Shown in pieces: positions 26,706 to 39,049 of a DNA stretch of 64,000 nucleotides (position 1 is the first letter of the stretch; each line of letters starts with the position of its first letter). The translations under genes and the position numbers were made by a program. Location: the NCBI RefSeq assembly GCF_009914755.1, contig NC_060927.1; one strand, 5' to 3'. The notes under the pieces are model-generated. The model was not told where the DNA came from, did not search any database, and saw only the letters and a list, made by a program, of their open reading frames with translations. This stretch comes from the human T2T-CHM13v2.0 reference genome, Homo sapiens.

Positions 26706-27865
26706 CTGAGAAAGGAGGACACCCAAAGAGTGAGTGAGGCAATAACTCTCAGAGAGCTCATCAAGTCTGCCCTGGATTAAAGATAGAGCTTGGGTGCAAA
26801 GTAAGATGGCGCCTCTGCAGTGGACTTAGTGGTATAAAGCAACAGCAGCTCCTATCTGAAAGTGACCTCACTGTCTATGACCACCATCCTCTGCCTCCTG
26901 TGTGCATGGGGTCTTTATTTTCCCCCTTTGCCAACCTGCACTTGGAACTCAGAATCTCTTTGAATTCCTACAAATATTTGCTTATCCTAAAGCTCTAATA
27001 AGCAATACTGACTTGATTATTTCCTAAGAAGGGGGAGAAAAGGAAGATTGTACTGAACACCCTACCAACAGTAAGCACCTTACAAATCTGTAGCCATATG
27101 TAGTCACTAAAGAGCTCCTTGGCTGTGTTGCTTCTAAAGAACACTCTCTTGCTTTTTCCTGCTTATTTTCTCTCATCATGTGGCTCCTCAACATGACACA
27201 ATTCTTTCTTCTCTCCGAGTTTGTTCTCCACCTCAGCTCCTCTCTCCAGATTTATATTCCCAAACCCATCTCATTATGCTCACTTAACAGGTCCTACTGT
27301 TCTTATGGGGTTCTTTAGCCCCCATCTGCTGTTCCTTGGGCATCTCTGAGATGGAGTAATTTATTACAGTGCTTCTTTCTCCACCACCCCCGTAATATGC
27401 TACTATTAGGAATTCTAATGGATGAAATGTGTTCTGTTTCTTACATCTCCTGCAGGGTTGCTGGCAGTCCCATTCTTACTCATTCATTATACTTCTTAGA
27501 TGAAAAGTACTGTATGTACCAAAGCTTTTTCTCATCTACTGCTATTAAACAGAAAAAAAGGTTCTCCGGAATTAATAGGACTGCATAACTAGCCCAACAG
27601 AGGAATGTGGTAATAAAGTCCCCTTTTGGTGGAATCCTGCAAAAACCCCTATGTGCTCAGGATCCAGGAAGCATCTAGGCTCTAACAACACTCTGCCCCC
27701 GGCTTCCTAGCCATACTCACTTCACTTTTCTGCTTCATGTTTCTTAAACATTAAGAGGATATTCTGATGCTTTACCTGACTTAAGGCAGTAGGAGTCAAG
27801 TGAAATAATTACATATATTTTAACTACTTTAGAAATGCTTGTTGATAAAATAGGAGTTTCACTTT

Positions 27866-28351
27866 GGGTGACCGATCATACTGGACTGCCTGGGACTGAG
27901 GGGTTTCACCAGGTGATATGGTTTGGCTGTGTCCCCACCAAAATCTCATCTTGTAGTTCCCATAATCCCCACATGTCATGGGAGGGACTGGTGGGAGGTA
28001 ATTTAATCATCGAGGCGGTAACCTTCATGTTGTTCTCATGACAGCGAGTAAGTTCTCATGAGATCTGATGGTTTTATAAGGGGCTTTCCCCTTTTTTATT
28101 CACTCACTTCTCTTCCTGCCACCATGTGAAGAAGGACCTATTTGCTTCCCCTTCCACCAGGATTGTAAGTTTCCTGAGGTCGCCCCAGCCATGGTGAACT
28201 GTGAGTCAATTAAATCTCTTTCCATTATAAATTACCCAGTCTTGGGTATGTCTTTATTAGCAGTGTGAGAACAGACTAATACACCAGGACATGAGACTTT
28301 CAAAGCTAAAACAGGAAACATCCAGGGCAAACTGGACAAACTGGTTACCCT
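27866..28351. mobile_element. MER94-like hAT-Blackjack MITE split by a THE1 LTR
   Basis: TIRs gggtgacc / ggttaccc; halves gggactgaggggtttc and gactttcaaagctaaaacagg...gggcaaactgg. Confidence 0.75.
27914..28283 (+). mobile_element. THE1-family solo LTR
   Basis: tgatatggtttggctgtgtcccc ... agactaataca; perfect 5-bp TSD ccagg. Confidence 0.95.
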
Positions 28352-30004
28352 TGTTTTACCAATAACTTTGTTCTACGTTTAATATCAACTACTATTTTGC
28401 TCCTTAACTTGCCAACCATAAGCACCTACTTAGTTATCTCGAATATGTAAAGGGATATTGGAAATTAAGAAACTAAATCCTTATCCTTGGGGAACTTAGA
28501 ATTCAGAAGCAGTACAATGGGTCTTAGATAAGCTTGAGTCTGCTAAACTAACTCATCATTTGAACCCCAGCCTGGAAATCAAAGCAGGCAAATCTTTAAC
28601 TTTAATAATAACAAAAGAAACCAGGACCCTAGATTGTTTTGTAGCTGCCTACCTCCCTGAGGTGATTTAGAGGAAAAGCATAATGCAGACAAAGTTTTAT
28701 TTATTCTATGTCCCACCAATTTGAAAGTAAAAAATTGTCTTCACAGAGTACCATGTTTGCCCTTTATTTTCTTTAGTTATTACATACTACAGAACTAGTT
28801 CCAACAAACCCATGTGGTCATAAAGTAATCTATATTCTTTTGCTCTTTCCTACCCAATCCCAAAAGAAACCATCAAACAGAATGATAGATAGGCAATTTC
28901 ACCTGAATTCTTCAATCATTAGAAGGGGGAAAAATCTTACTTCAGAAGTAAATACCATATTTGGATATAAGAGGGCATCTCAGTTCAAAGCCAAAACTTT
29001 CTGTGGTCCAGAGTTTTGATAAAACATCTACTGCAGGTATTTTTAGTATCTGTCATTCTAAAGCCCTTTTTAAGTTACTGTGGGTACAGAGATGGATCAC
29101 TTGGTACCCCTTCTGGGACAAAACACAGCAGCTGTTCAGCAATTGCACAGCAATGCCTCTCAAAGATTTAGGTGAAGAACTGAAAAACATTATTTCTGGT
29201 TGAAGCTAAAGAGAAATGTATTGATCTTCCCTGGATTTTTGCCAAGCTACCAAGCCAGGGACACATTCTTTTGAGTAAACCTTGAATGATTATAAGCTGG
29301 GGTTTGACAATTTCTCTTAAAGGTACAGTTTCCTGGCCTCTAAGCAAAATGCTTCAGTTCTATACCCTGGTACTGAGTCTCAATTCAGCTGTGCCCCAAA
29401 CTTGTGTAACTCCTAAAAACTTTTAAAACCTTTACATAGAAATGGCTATAAAATTGATATTCTAATCTTAGGGGTGGCCTGGGGATGATTTCTTTTCAAA
29501 GCAACCTTTGTCCTAGAAGACATGACGACAGATCCTAACATTTTTTTCCAGGTTCCCTGTCCATCTTCACAGACTACTTTGTAGTCTACAAGTTGTAGAC
29601 CAGGGACACAACGACTTTGATGGAGACACGTACACACATGGACTCAATTATTATGGCGTTACAAATGAAATACAGGGTTTTAAATGATAGCCTATTTTCA
29701 CACCACGGCTCAAAGTCACATCTTTTATGAAAACTTCCCTTGTGCCCCTAGAAAGAGCCTCCTTTCTCTCCCCAGGACCTCTTTATAGTCTCTGTCACTT
29801 TGTATTATACTTTTTATATTTTTAGTCCCTCTACAGAGTGTGCTTCTTACCAGCAGTGCACGTTTCAGCTTTGGTTTTGGGCTTGTTCCTGCACTCGGCA
29901 AGGATTTGTTAAGTGCATACCATGAGGCCTTGGAGACAGAGTCATTATTCTCATACTGCTCCATGTGAGTAACTCCAGGTTAAGGATAGCCTTGCCCTAC
30001 TCAC

Positions 30005-30201
30005 TTGGCATCCTCCAAGTCTTCTGTTCTCTGGATGACATTGTTTTCATACTTCATTCTCCATTGCACCATTTCAGCATTGACTTTGGATAAGGTCCGG
30101 TGCAGCTCAGCCTTGACCTCTTGTTCTTCCTCATACTGCTCTCGTAGAAGGTCACAGTCACGCTGAGCCTTCTGCAGGGCATGGGCCAGGGCACTCTGGG
30201 A
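30005..30201 (-). CDS. MYH15: MYH15 exon, 197 nt (skip 2 region)
   Basis: ctacag|TCCCAG ... GCCAA|gtgagt; [23 protein letters not shown]...[10 protein letters not shown]. Confidence 0.96.
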
Positions 30202-30685
30202 CTGTAGGGGACACACATTAACAAAAAGGTCATGACCACCATGAGCAACACAAGTCTTGAAAGTAAGCTAATTTTTTTTTTAGGTAAGATTAATAACAAC
30301 CTGCCACAAATTCAAGCCGAACCTGAACCTAGTAAGATAACACTAGGGAGAGAATTTGAGACAAGAGAAAGGATAGATAGTATCTAATTGCTGCCATTAA
30401 AACAGGGAAGGGAATTCTATTTAGAGAAATGCCAGCTTGGCTCTGTGGACTTAGCCAGGCCTGGAATTCTAGAAATAGTGGAGAATGCAAGGATAGCAAA
30501 GAGAACATTCACTATCATTTAGGCAATAAGATTTATATTTAGCAATATATTAGACTCAGAGCTTGTTTGAACCAGAAAGAACCACTAAAATTTAGCCTTT
30601 TTATTCCACTGATGAAGAAAATAAAATCTTTTATTTCACACTGAAATCTCTAAAAACCTCAGCTCCTAATACTTCAAAATAGTAC

Positions 30686-30900
30686 TACTGCCCAACAGAA
30701 CTTTCTGTAATGGTGAAAATGTTCTCTATGTACACTGTCCAATATGGTAAACACCTAGCCACATGTGGCTACTGAACATTCAAAATATGCCTAGTACAAT
30801 GTGTGATCAAAACTGAATTCTTAATTTTATTTAACTTTAATATAAATTTAAATAGTTACCTGTAGTGTAGTAGAGGCTTCTATATGTATTGGACGGCCCT
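30686..30900. mobile_element. MER3-like hAT MITE
   Basis: agaactttctgtaatggtgaaaatgttct...tagccacatgtggctactgaac...aatttaaatag. Confidence 0.8.
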
Positions 30901-31239
30901 GCTGGGTTTAATAAACATTTTTATCATTTAAATGGTGATCCGGCTAACCTAGCAGCATTATTCCCCAGAGATAATCTAGTGTGGAAAGAACACTAGATCC
31001 TGACGGGTCCTCAAGTGTCCTTTATGCAAATTAGGAAAAAAGCACATTTTCAGGAAGATACAGCTCTGAGGGCACAAGGTTTAGTTAATGGCAGCCTCAG
31101 CCAGACCCCTTTGGGTGGTAAATGAGGAGCCACAATACACAATGACTCTGAAAAGGATGCAGGCTTTGGAGTCAGATGAACTTGGGTTCAAACTGTGACC
31201 TCTCCTCTTGTTTAATTTTATTTTTCTTTAAAGGAAAAA

Positions 31240-31665
31240 CTTTTAAAACCTTTATGTGGCATTTACATGGCATATATTTAATTATAGAAGTAAACAAGAC
31301 AAAGACAAAATCCCTGCCCTAAAGAGCCCAAAAGAAATAAGGGGATACACAAAATACACAGGCAAATACATTAATAAATAAAATTTCTAATAGCAGTAAA
31401 ACAAACACAGCAGATAAACACGATCTAGAATGTTTGGCTCCTTCTCATCATCCCTCTAAGACTTCGGTGAAGGGCCTTTAAGCAACGGGAAGGGCAGTTA
31501 TAAAAGTCCTAAGGCAGGAGTGATGGTGCCTGGTTTAAGAGGCAGAAGGGAAGCCAGGGCAGCTGGAGGGGAGTAAATGAGGGAAGCAGATGTAGGAAGT
31601 AGGTCACAGAAGGAGGCTGGAGCCAGATCAGGGGGGCTTGTAGGCCAATTGGAAGTCACTGGGAA
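31240..31665 (-). mobile_element. L2 3' fragment with internal micro-inversion
   Basis: gtaaacaagacaaagacaaaatccctgccct ... aaagtcctaaggcagg ... gccagatcaggggggcttgtaggcc. Confidence 0.75.
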
Positions 31666-32582
31666 GGCAGCCAGAGAGATCTTCTAAAATATAACTCATT
31701 TCACTATGCGTTTAAGTTCCTTCACAGTACATCACTAGGTGTATGACCTTGGACATGATATTTTTCTTCTCAGAGCCTTGGTTTTTTCATATATAAGGAT
31801 GCAATTCTATCTGCTTCATTTGACTGATATGAAGATTGAGATAACATGACAGAAGTATCTGGTACAATGTCTGATGCACAAACAATGATACATTTTTAAA
31901 TTTGTATATAATATAGAAAGTATGGAGAGTTAAGGGAATAAAATGGTACAATATTTTAAAACAGACTCAACTACCTGTGTTTTCACAGTATACGCCTTCA
32001 TAGTATGGTCATGTACAAGTAAGATAGTTTGGGGTCTTAGTAATAAGATGCCTTGACTATGAACTAAGAATTCATTTAAATATCAGGGCTCAAAGAATTC
32101 ATATCTCATGTTAGTCACTATGCTTTCATCTTCCAGAATCACTTCCACTGGAGTCACCTTCTAGCAACATTATACACTCATAGGAAGAAATGACTAATTT
32201 CTATAATTTATTGACAATTTAAAAGTAATATTGAGCTAACCCAGTCCCACTTATTTTATTCTAGGCTTTTATTTAATTTCACTTTTTTATGAGCAGTTTC
32301 AGAATCAAAATCCTGAAAGAGCCTTGCTGCCCTTCTGTTCAAGTACTTATACAAGATGGGAACACACACTTTGCTTGCTCTAAACCTGCAACGAAGCAAT
32401 TTGAATCACCGAGGAAGATCCTTCAGTCATCAGGGTTCTTCCTGGCATGGTTTTTCCCCCATAACTTCTAGGGCATTTTCCCTTCTTCTTTTACAAAACA
32501 TCTTCAGGCTGATTCATCAAGCACTATTTTTTTAAAAAAAACACACAGTCAAGAAACTAGTGAGAAATAATAGATACATTAC

Positions 32583-32701
32583 TTTGGTCTCCTTTTCCAG
32601 CTGCCCTCTCAGGTCTTCAATCTGCCGAGTGAAGTTGCTCTTTTCCCTGGAAAGTTGGTTTATCAGAGCCTCCTTCTCTTCAAGCCTCCGTAGGAACTCG
32701 C
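32583..32701 (-). CDS. MYH15: MYH15 exon, 119 nt (not in ORF track)
   Basis: ctgtag|GCGAG ... ACCAAA|gtaatg; (G)[39 protein letters not shown]. Confidence 0.93.
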
Positions 32702-33534
32702 CTACAGAAAGATTTCACAAAACTACATAATTACAGTCTTCCTATCTATTGCCTCCTTCACTTGACTTACTGACTTTAAGGGTAGCCAGAATGACTCCTA
32801 CCCACATATTTTTGATATTTAGGAAGGGTCTGAGAGTCCTATTATTCAGCAAAACCGTGGCAATGATCCTTTCCAGGACTCAGAAGAGAGTCCTAAAAAT
32901 GAGCTGATTTTTAGTAATAAGTATGAATCGATAACAGATGATATTAGTTACCATTTATTGAGAAACTTCTATGCTCTAGGTACTTAACGTATGTTATCTA
33001 GTTTAATTTTCATAACTCCTTGATAGTGTAGGTATTATACTAACCATTTTGCAGAGGAGGAAACAGAGCAACTTAAATATGACTGAAACAGAAACATACA
33101 CAGTTCGTAATTGGTGAAGGTAGATTCAAATGAAGTTCTTGAAGACCACATTCTTCTATACCATACTCCCTTGTTTATTATATGTGGCTTTGTACACTTC
33201 TGTCTATATAATTTTTAGATAATTATAACTTTTATTACCTCACTTGTAAAATGAAGATAACAATAAGATTCTTAATGAAAACTAAATTAGTGTGAATATA
33301 TTTTATAGACTGAAATGCTAAATAAATATTAGCAGTAGTCACTAAATGGTAGGAAATGTGATGATGAGAGGGAGAAATTCTATCATACTCTAGTCTATCG
33401 TCCCTGCTTAACTTATCCTATTAATTATAGTCGGGCCTTCCATATCTGTAAGTTCTGCTTTGTGAATTCAACCTACCGAGGTCCTACAATTTAACTCAAT
33501 TCTGACACTATTTTCCTGGAGACAGTGTCAGATA

Positions 33535-33556
33535 CACACACACACGTACAGGTATG

Positions 33557-33605
<49 letters not shown>

Positions 33606-33630
33606 TTAAACACACACATATATACACACC
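33535..33630. repeat. (CA)n/(TA)n compound microsatellite
   Basis: Direct reading. Confidence 0.9.
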
Positions 33631-33654
33631 TATATGTACATGCATATATCTTTT

Positions 33655-34848
<1,194 letters not shown>

Positions 34849-35959
34849 TGAAGAAATATAAATCCACTAGCTGGTTGAGACTAATACATCACGTATATAT
34901 CACATTTACTATTGGTTTCCTCTGAAAGCAGAGTATGGTAAGCTGACAGAACAGGGCATGAGAAAGAAACTTTGGTGATAGCCACCAACAAAAAAACAAA
35001 AAACAAAAACAAATAAACAATCTGGAACGTGGACCCAGTGAGGGGAGGATAGGCTTGAATAAATTTGTACTTCTAATTTAATTTACACAAAAGCCAACCA
35101 AAAGGTAAAGTTAAAAAAAGGAAGAAAAAAATCCTGCAGCCTAAGCAGAATTATCATCTCAGACCCACTTTTATTTTACTCGCTACCCACTAATTTCCTC
35201 ATCAAAAAAGTGAGTAGAAAATTAATGCCAATAACTAGGGGTAGACAGCCAATGCCTATCAAAATAGATTTTACACAGCACTTCCTTTAGGGCCAGACAT
35301 CCAGGTATTCTCCAGCTTTGTGTCTGGACTGTGGAGTCTGCATACCAACTAAATCCTAAATAGCACAGATCAAACTGGGGGCTTGGTAGCAAGGCCAGGT
35401 GTCACACACCCTGTGGGCAGTATAAGAAGAGTCCTATTCAGAGTCCTTAATAGAACCAAAAACATTTCCTTCTTCTAGATTTCCAGGTTTTTAGTTTTAT
35501 CAACTAATTTTTATTTAGCTCTCACCCTAGATTTAGCATCTGGAAATAGAGGTGTCTACTGGAGGAATTGTGTTATATGTAGCCCAAATGTGTTCATTCT
35601 CTTTTTAAAACTGTGTGCCTCTTAAGCATCAAGAATACATTGTTTATTTTCATTGACCTAAGAATTCTATCTCTCAGAATATATTACTAAAACTGATTTT
35701 AGTTATAGATAAACATCTAGCCACATGCTATTCATAGCAGAGAGGCAAGTCAAGTTGCAGGCAAGGTTAGGTTTAGTCAATCTCAATGAATTAGAAGCAG
35801 TCATTATAAATGACCGAGTATGCAAAATACAAAAGCTTATGATAAATTGAAAAAGAAAAACCCCCAACAGATTGCTACAATGTAATAGATTGGAAAAACA
35901 GAAAAAAAAAATCCATAGTGGTTGATAGTAATGAATAAACTATGGGACATTTTTCTACT

Positions 35960-36480
35960 TTTAATTTATTTATCAAATGTTTATGGAGGATCAATAAATG
36001 TCAGGCAGTGTTCTAGATGATTGACATACATCAATGAGCAAAGACCCTTGACCTCATGGAGCTTATATTCTGACAGATGGAGACAAACATATTTATTGTG
36101 TCAAATATGTAGTTAGTTTGAACTTAATAAATAGTATGAAAAGAGAAGCTCTTGAGGAAATGAGTTGACAGTATTCAAATGTCACCTTCTCAGCAGGGCC
36201 TATCCTGACTTTGCCCAGATCTCCACTTGATTAACCCTTATCCCCAAGTCTTTCCAGAATTAATAAGGTGTTCCAGGCAGAGTAAACAGCTAGGGCAAGA
36301 CTCTAGGGTGGGAGTATGCCCGGGGTGTACAAAGCACAGCATAGAGGTCGATGTGGCCAACGCAGATTGAGAGTTCAAGGGCAAGTAGGAAAAGAGGTCA
36401 GAGAGAATGGGGTCCAATCATGCAGGCTCAGGTAGCCGGCTGTACAGACCATTGGTTTTACCAGGTGTAAAGAGAGATGT
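35960..36480 (-). mobile_element. L2 3' end with internal inversions
   Basis: atttatttatcaaatgtttat, atgtcaggcagtgttctag, cctcatggagcttatattct, gttccaggcagagtaaacagc. Confidence 0.8.
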
Positions 36481-36858
36481 AGATTCATTATCCAAACATT
36501 AAAAATTTTAAAAAATTTAAATATTCAATGAGGTAGAAATTGTAAAAATGTCATGACTAGTAGACTGTGGATTGCCCCTCCCATCCTTTGATCTTGAGAG
36601 TTGCTTCTACTGATGGCATATTATTATAATTTTCTACTTCTTGGAAGGGAACTAGGCAGGGGTTCCCAAGTGGCACAGAGGTAACACTTCCTAGACAAGA
36701 GGCATGTGTGTGGCAAAGCTGTCTCAGAGGCTGCATTCCTCCCCTAGGATCTTCAGATGCCCACTCAGCCTCAGTGGGTAGTTCATTATCTCAGTTGTGC
36801 CTTCATGAGTCTGCTGGGATTGAGAATTGCCTATGAGTCAAGCAGCATACTTACTTAC

Positions 36859-36985
36859 CACTCTCACTCCACAGCTTTGTCTTTTGTGCTGCCAGGTCAT
36901 TTGCCAACTGAGTCACCTTATCTAGCTTTGCAGTTGCTTCATGCAAGCGCTCTTCATATAGAGTACAGAGTTTCTCAGCATTTGC
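36859..36985 (-). CDS. MYH15: MYH15 exon, 127 nt (not in ORF track)
   Basis: tatag|GCAAAT ... GAGTG|gtaagt; [42 protein letters not shown]. Confidence 0.95.
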
Positions 36986-37961
36986 CTATAAGTTGAGAAA
37001 GAAGGGCTGGTCAGGGCTCACAGAGGATACTCTGAATCAGCTGCACAAAGGAAGAGGGGAGGAGTGGCTCCGGGGATCCGCATGCTCTCTTCTGTAGTAA
37101 AGAGCTCAGCCAGCATTGGGAGATCACATCTTCTGATTTCAGCAAGCACAATTAACTCTAGGGTCTGGACCCCAAGAGGCCTAAACTTTGCAGAGTATAG
37201 GTGTCACGGGAGACACCCAACTTCCTGGGTATTAGGATCCTTTCTAGAATTATTTACTTTTCTGGAGAAGGAAACATGTCAAACGCTAATGAGATACATG
37301 ATCCTTTTCTGACAGTACATATTTAACTGTCTTTTTCACTAGAATATAACTCTCATGAGGGTAGAGATCCAGTTTAAAGATATACCCCCTATTGTATAGA
37401 ATAGTGCCTGGCACATAGGAGAGCAATATGCAAGGGTGGAGAGGCAGACGAAGGGGAAGGAAGAGAGGTAAGAAGGGGAAGGAGGAGGAAGGAAATCTAG
37501 AAGGCTGCCCAAGCAGGATAGAAGAAAGGGATGGATCTAAGCCGCAACAGCCTAATAACAAAATGTGAGCTGCCAAAGCAACTGTACCCTCCTGATCACT
37601 ATGGCTACAATCTCAAGATGACCCTGTTGGGTTAACACTTCAATCCCCAAACCCAACTTCTCAGAATTGGCTTTTCATGCCTGGAGAAAAAGATATGACA
37701 TTGGCCTTTGCACTTTTACCCAATTAAAGTAACCAGTCTAATCGCCAGACTCTTGCCACACTCTGAGAACTCATGCTAGTGGTTTTGAGACCCAAGATCC
37801 TCAGACGGGACTAAGAGTTGCCAAATGTAAGATGAGGTATCCCCTTCACATACAAATTAACTATAGTTTGCATTCTTATTATTTATATGGTCAGAAACAG
37901 TAAAATTACATTGGTGGTGGTCTTCCATGGTTCTACAGATTTTACATAGCTGTTTTGATGA

Positions 37962-38266
<305 letters not shown>

Positions 38267-38724
38267 ATCTTTGAATGCCTTCCATCTGCCCCATCGTGGG
38301 TGATGATGATGATGACACTATTAATGATAATAGCAGCAGCAGTTAATTTATTGGGTGCTTGTTACATACCCAGCTCTCTTCTGAGCTCTATGTTTTAAAT
38401 CTCAATTAATACAGCAGTCCATGAGGCCTTTGTCTGTACAAAGAAAGTATGCTATGGAAATGGAAGAACTGGGAGACAAAGAAGAGATTACACCAATGAA
38501 ATTTTGAGAAAACAGTGAGGTCTGGTGAGATGATGAAAGCTGATGGTGAGCCTAATAGTTTTCAGTGTTAACCTAATTGTTATGATAGAGCAATGGCCAA
38601 AGGACCAGGAATATTTCAAAGGTGATGCCAGGTTTAGTCCTCTGGAAAACTTCTGTATCAGCCAAAACCTAGGCCATCTCTAGCTGGAACCTACGCTCTG
38701 TTTAAGATTGCTTCCTTCATGCTA

Positions 38725-39049
38725 TGTTGCAGGACTTTTCCTTAGTTCAGCTAAAGATGGGGTTCTTTGTCCCCGGCCACAAAAAATCAGGCTCACAGAC
38801 AATTTGAATGGTGAGTAAGACAGGGTTTGATTAGGTGAAAAGGAAGAAAAGGGGGAAACAGGGACTCTCACAAGGCCAGAGTCCCTGCTTGAGCGCTTGC
38901 CGCCCGCAGCTTGAATCCCAGGTTCCACACAGGAAGAGGAGGGGCCAGGCTTCAACCCAATGCAAATGGCGTGAAGTTTCCGAGGCTCCACTCCAGTGGG
39001 CAGGCTGGTTGGAGTTTCTCCAGGGACCCCCTCCCACCTGGCTGTCTCA
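38725..39049 (-). mobile_element. ERV1 solo LTR (MER61-like), sense to MYH15
   Basis: TG...CA termini; tgttgcaggacttttccttagttcagctaaaga is the reverse complement of the MER61-type 3' end. Confidence 0.8.

Noticed and set aside
26185-26780. Overlapping alternative-frame and antisense ORFs (185, 156 and 85 aa) over the 350-nt exon
   Set aside because: Expected shadow ORFs of a GC-rich coiled-coil exon; no independent coding features.
29867-29886. Possible vestigial myomiR: minus-strand ACAAGCCCAAAACCAAAGCT loosely resembles miR-208 3p, in the intron I believe is equivalent to the miR-208 host intron of MYH6/MYH7
   Set aside because: No UAAGAC seed, only about 12/20 identity, and no complementary 5' arm to form a hairpin; indistinguishable from chance.
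38940-39010. p53 response element in the MER61-like LTR
   Set aside because: No RRRCWWGYYY half-site pair found in this copy.
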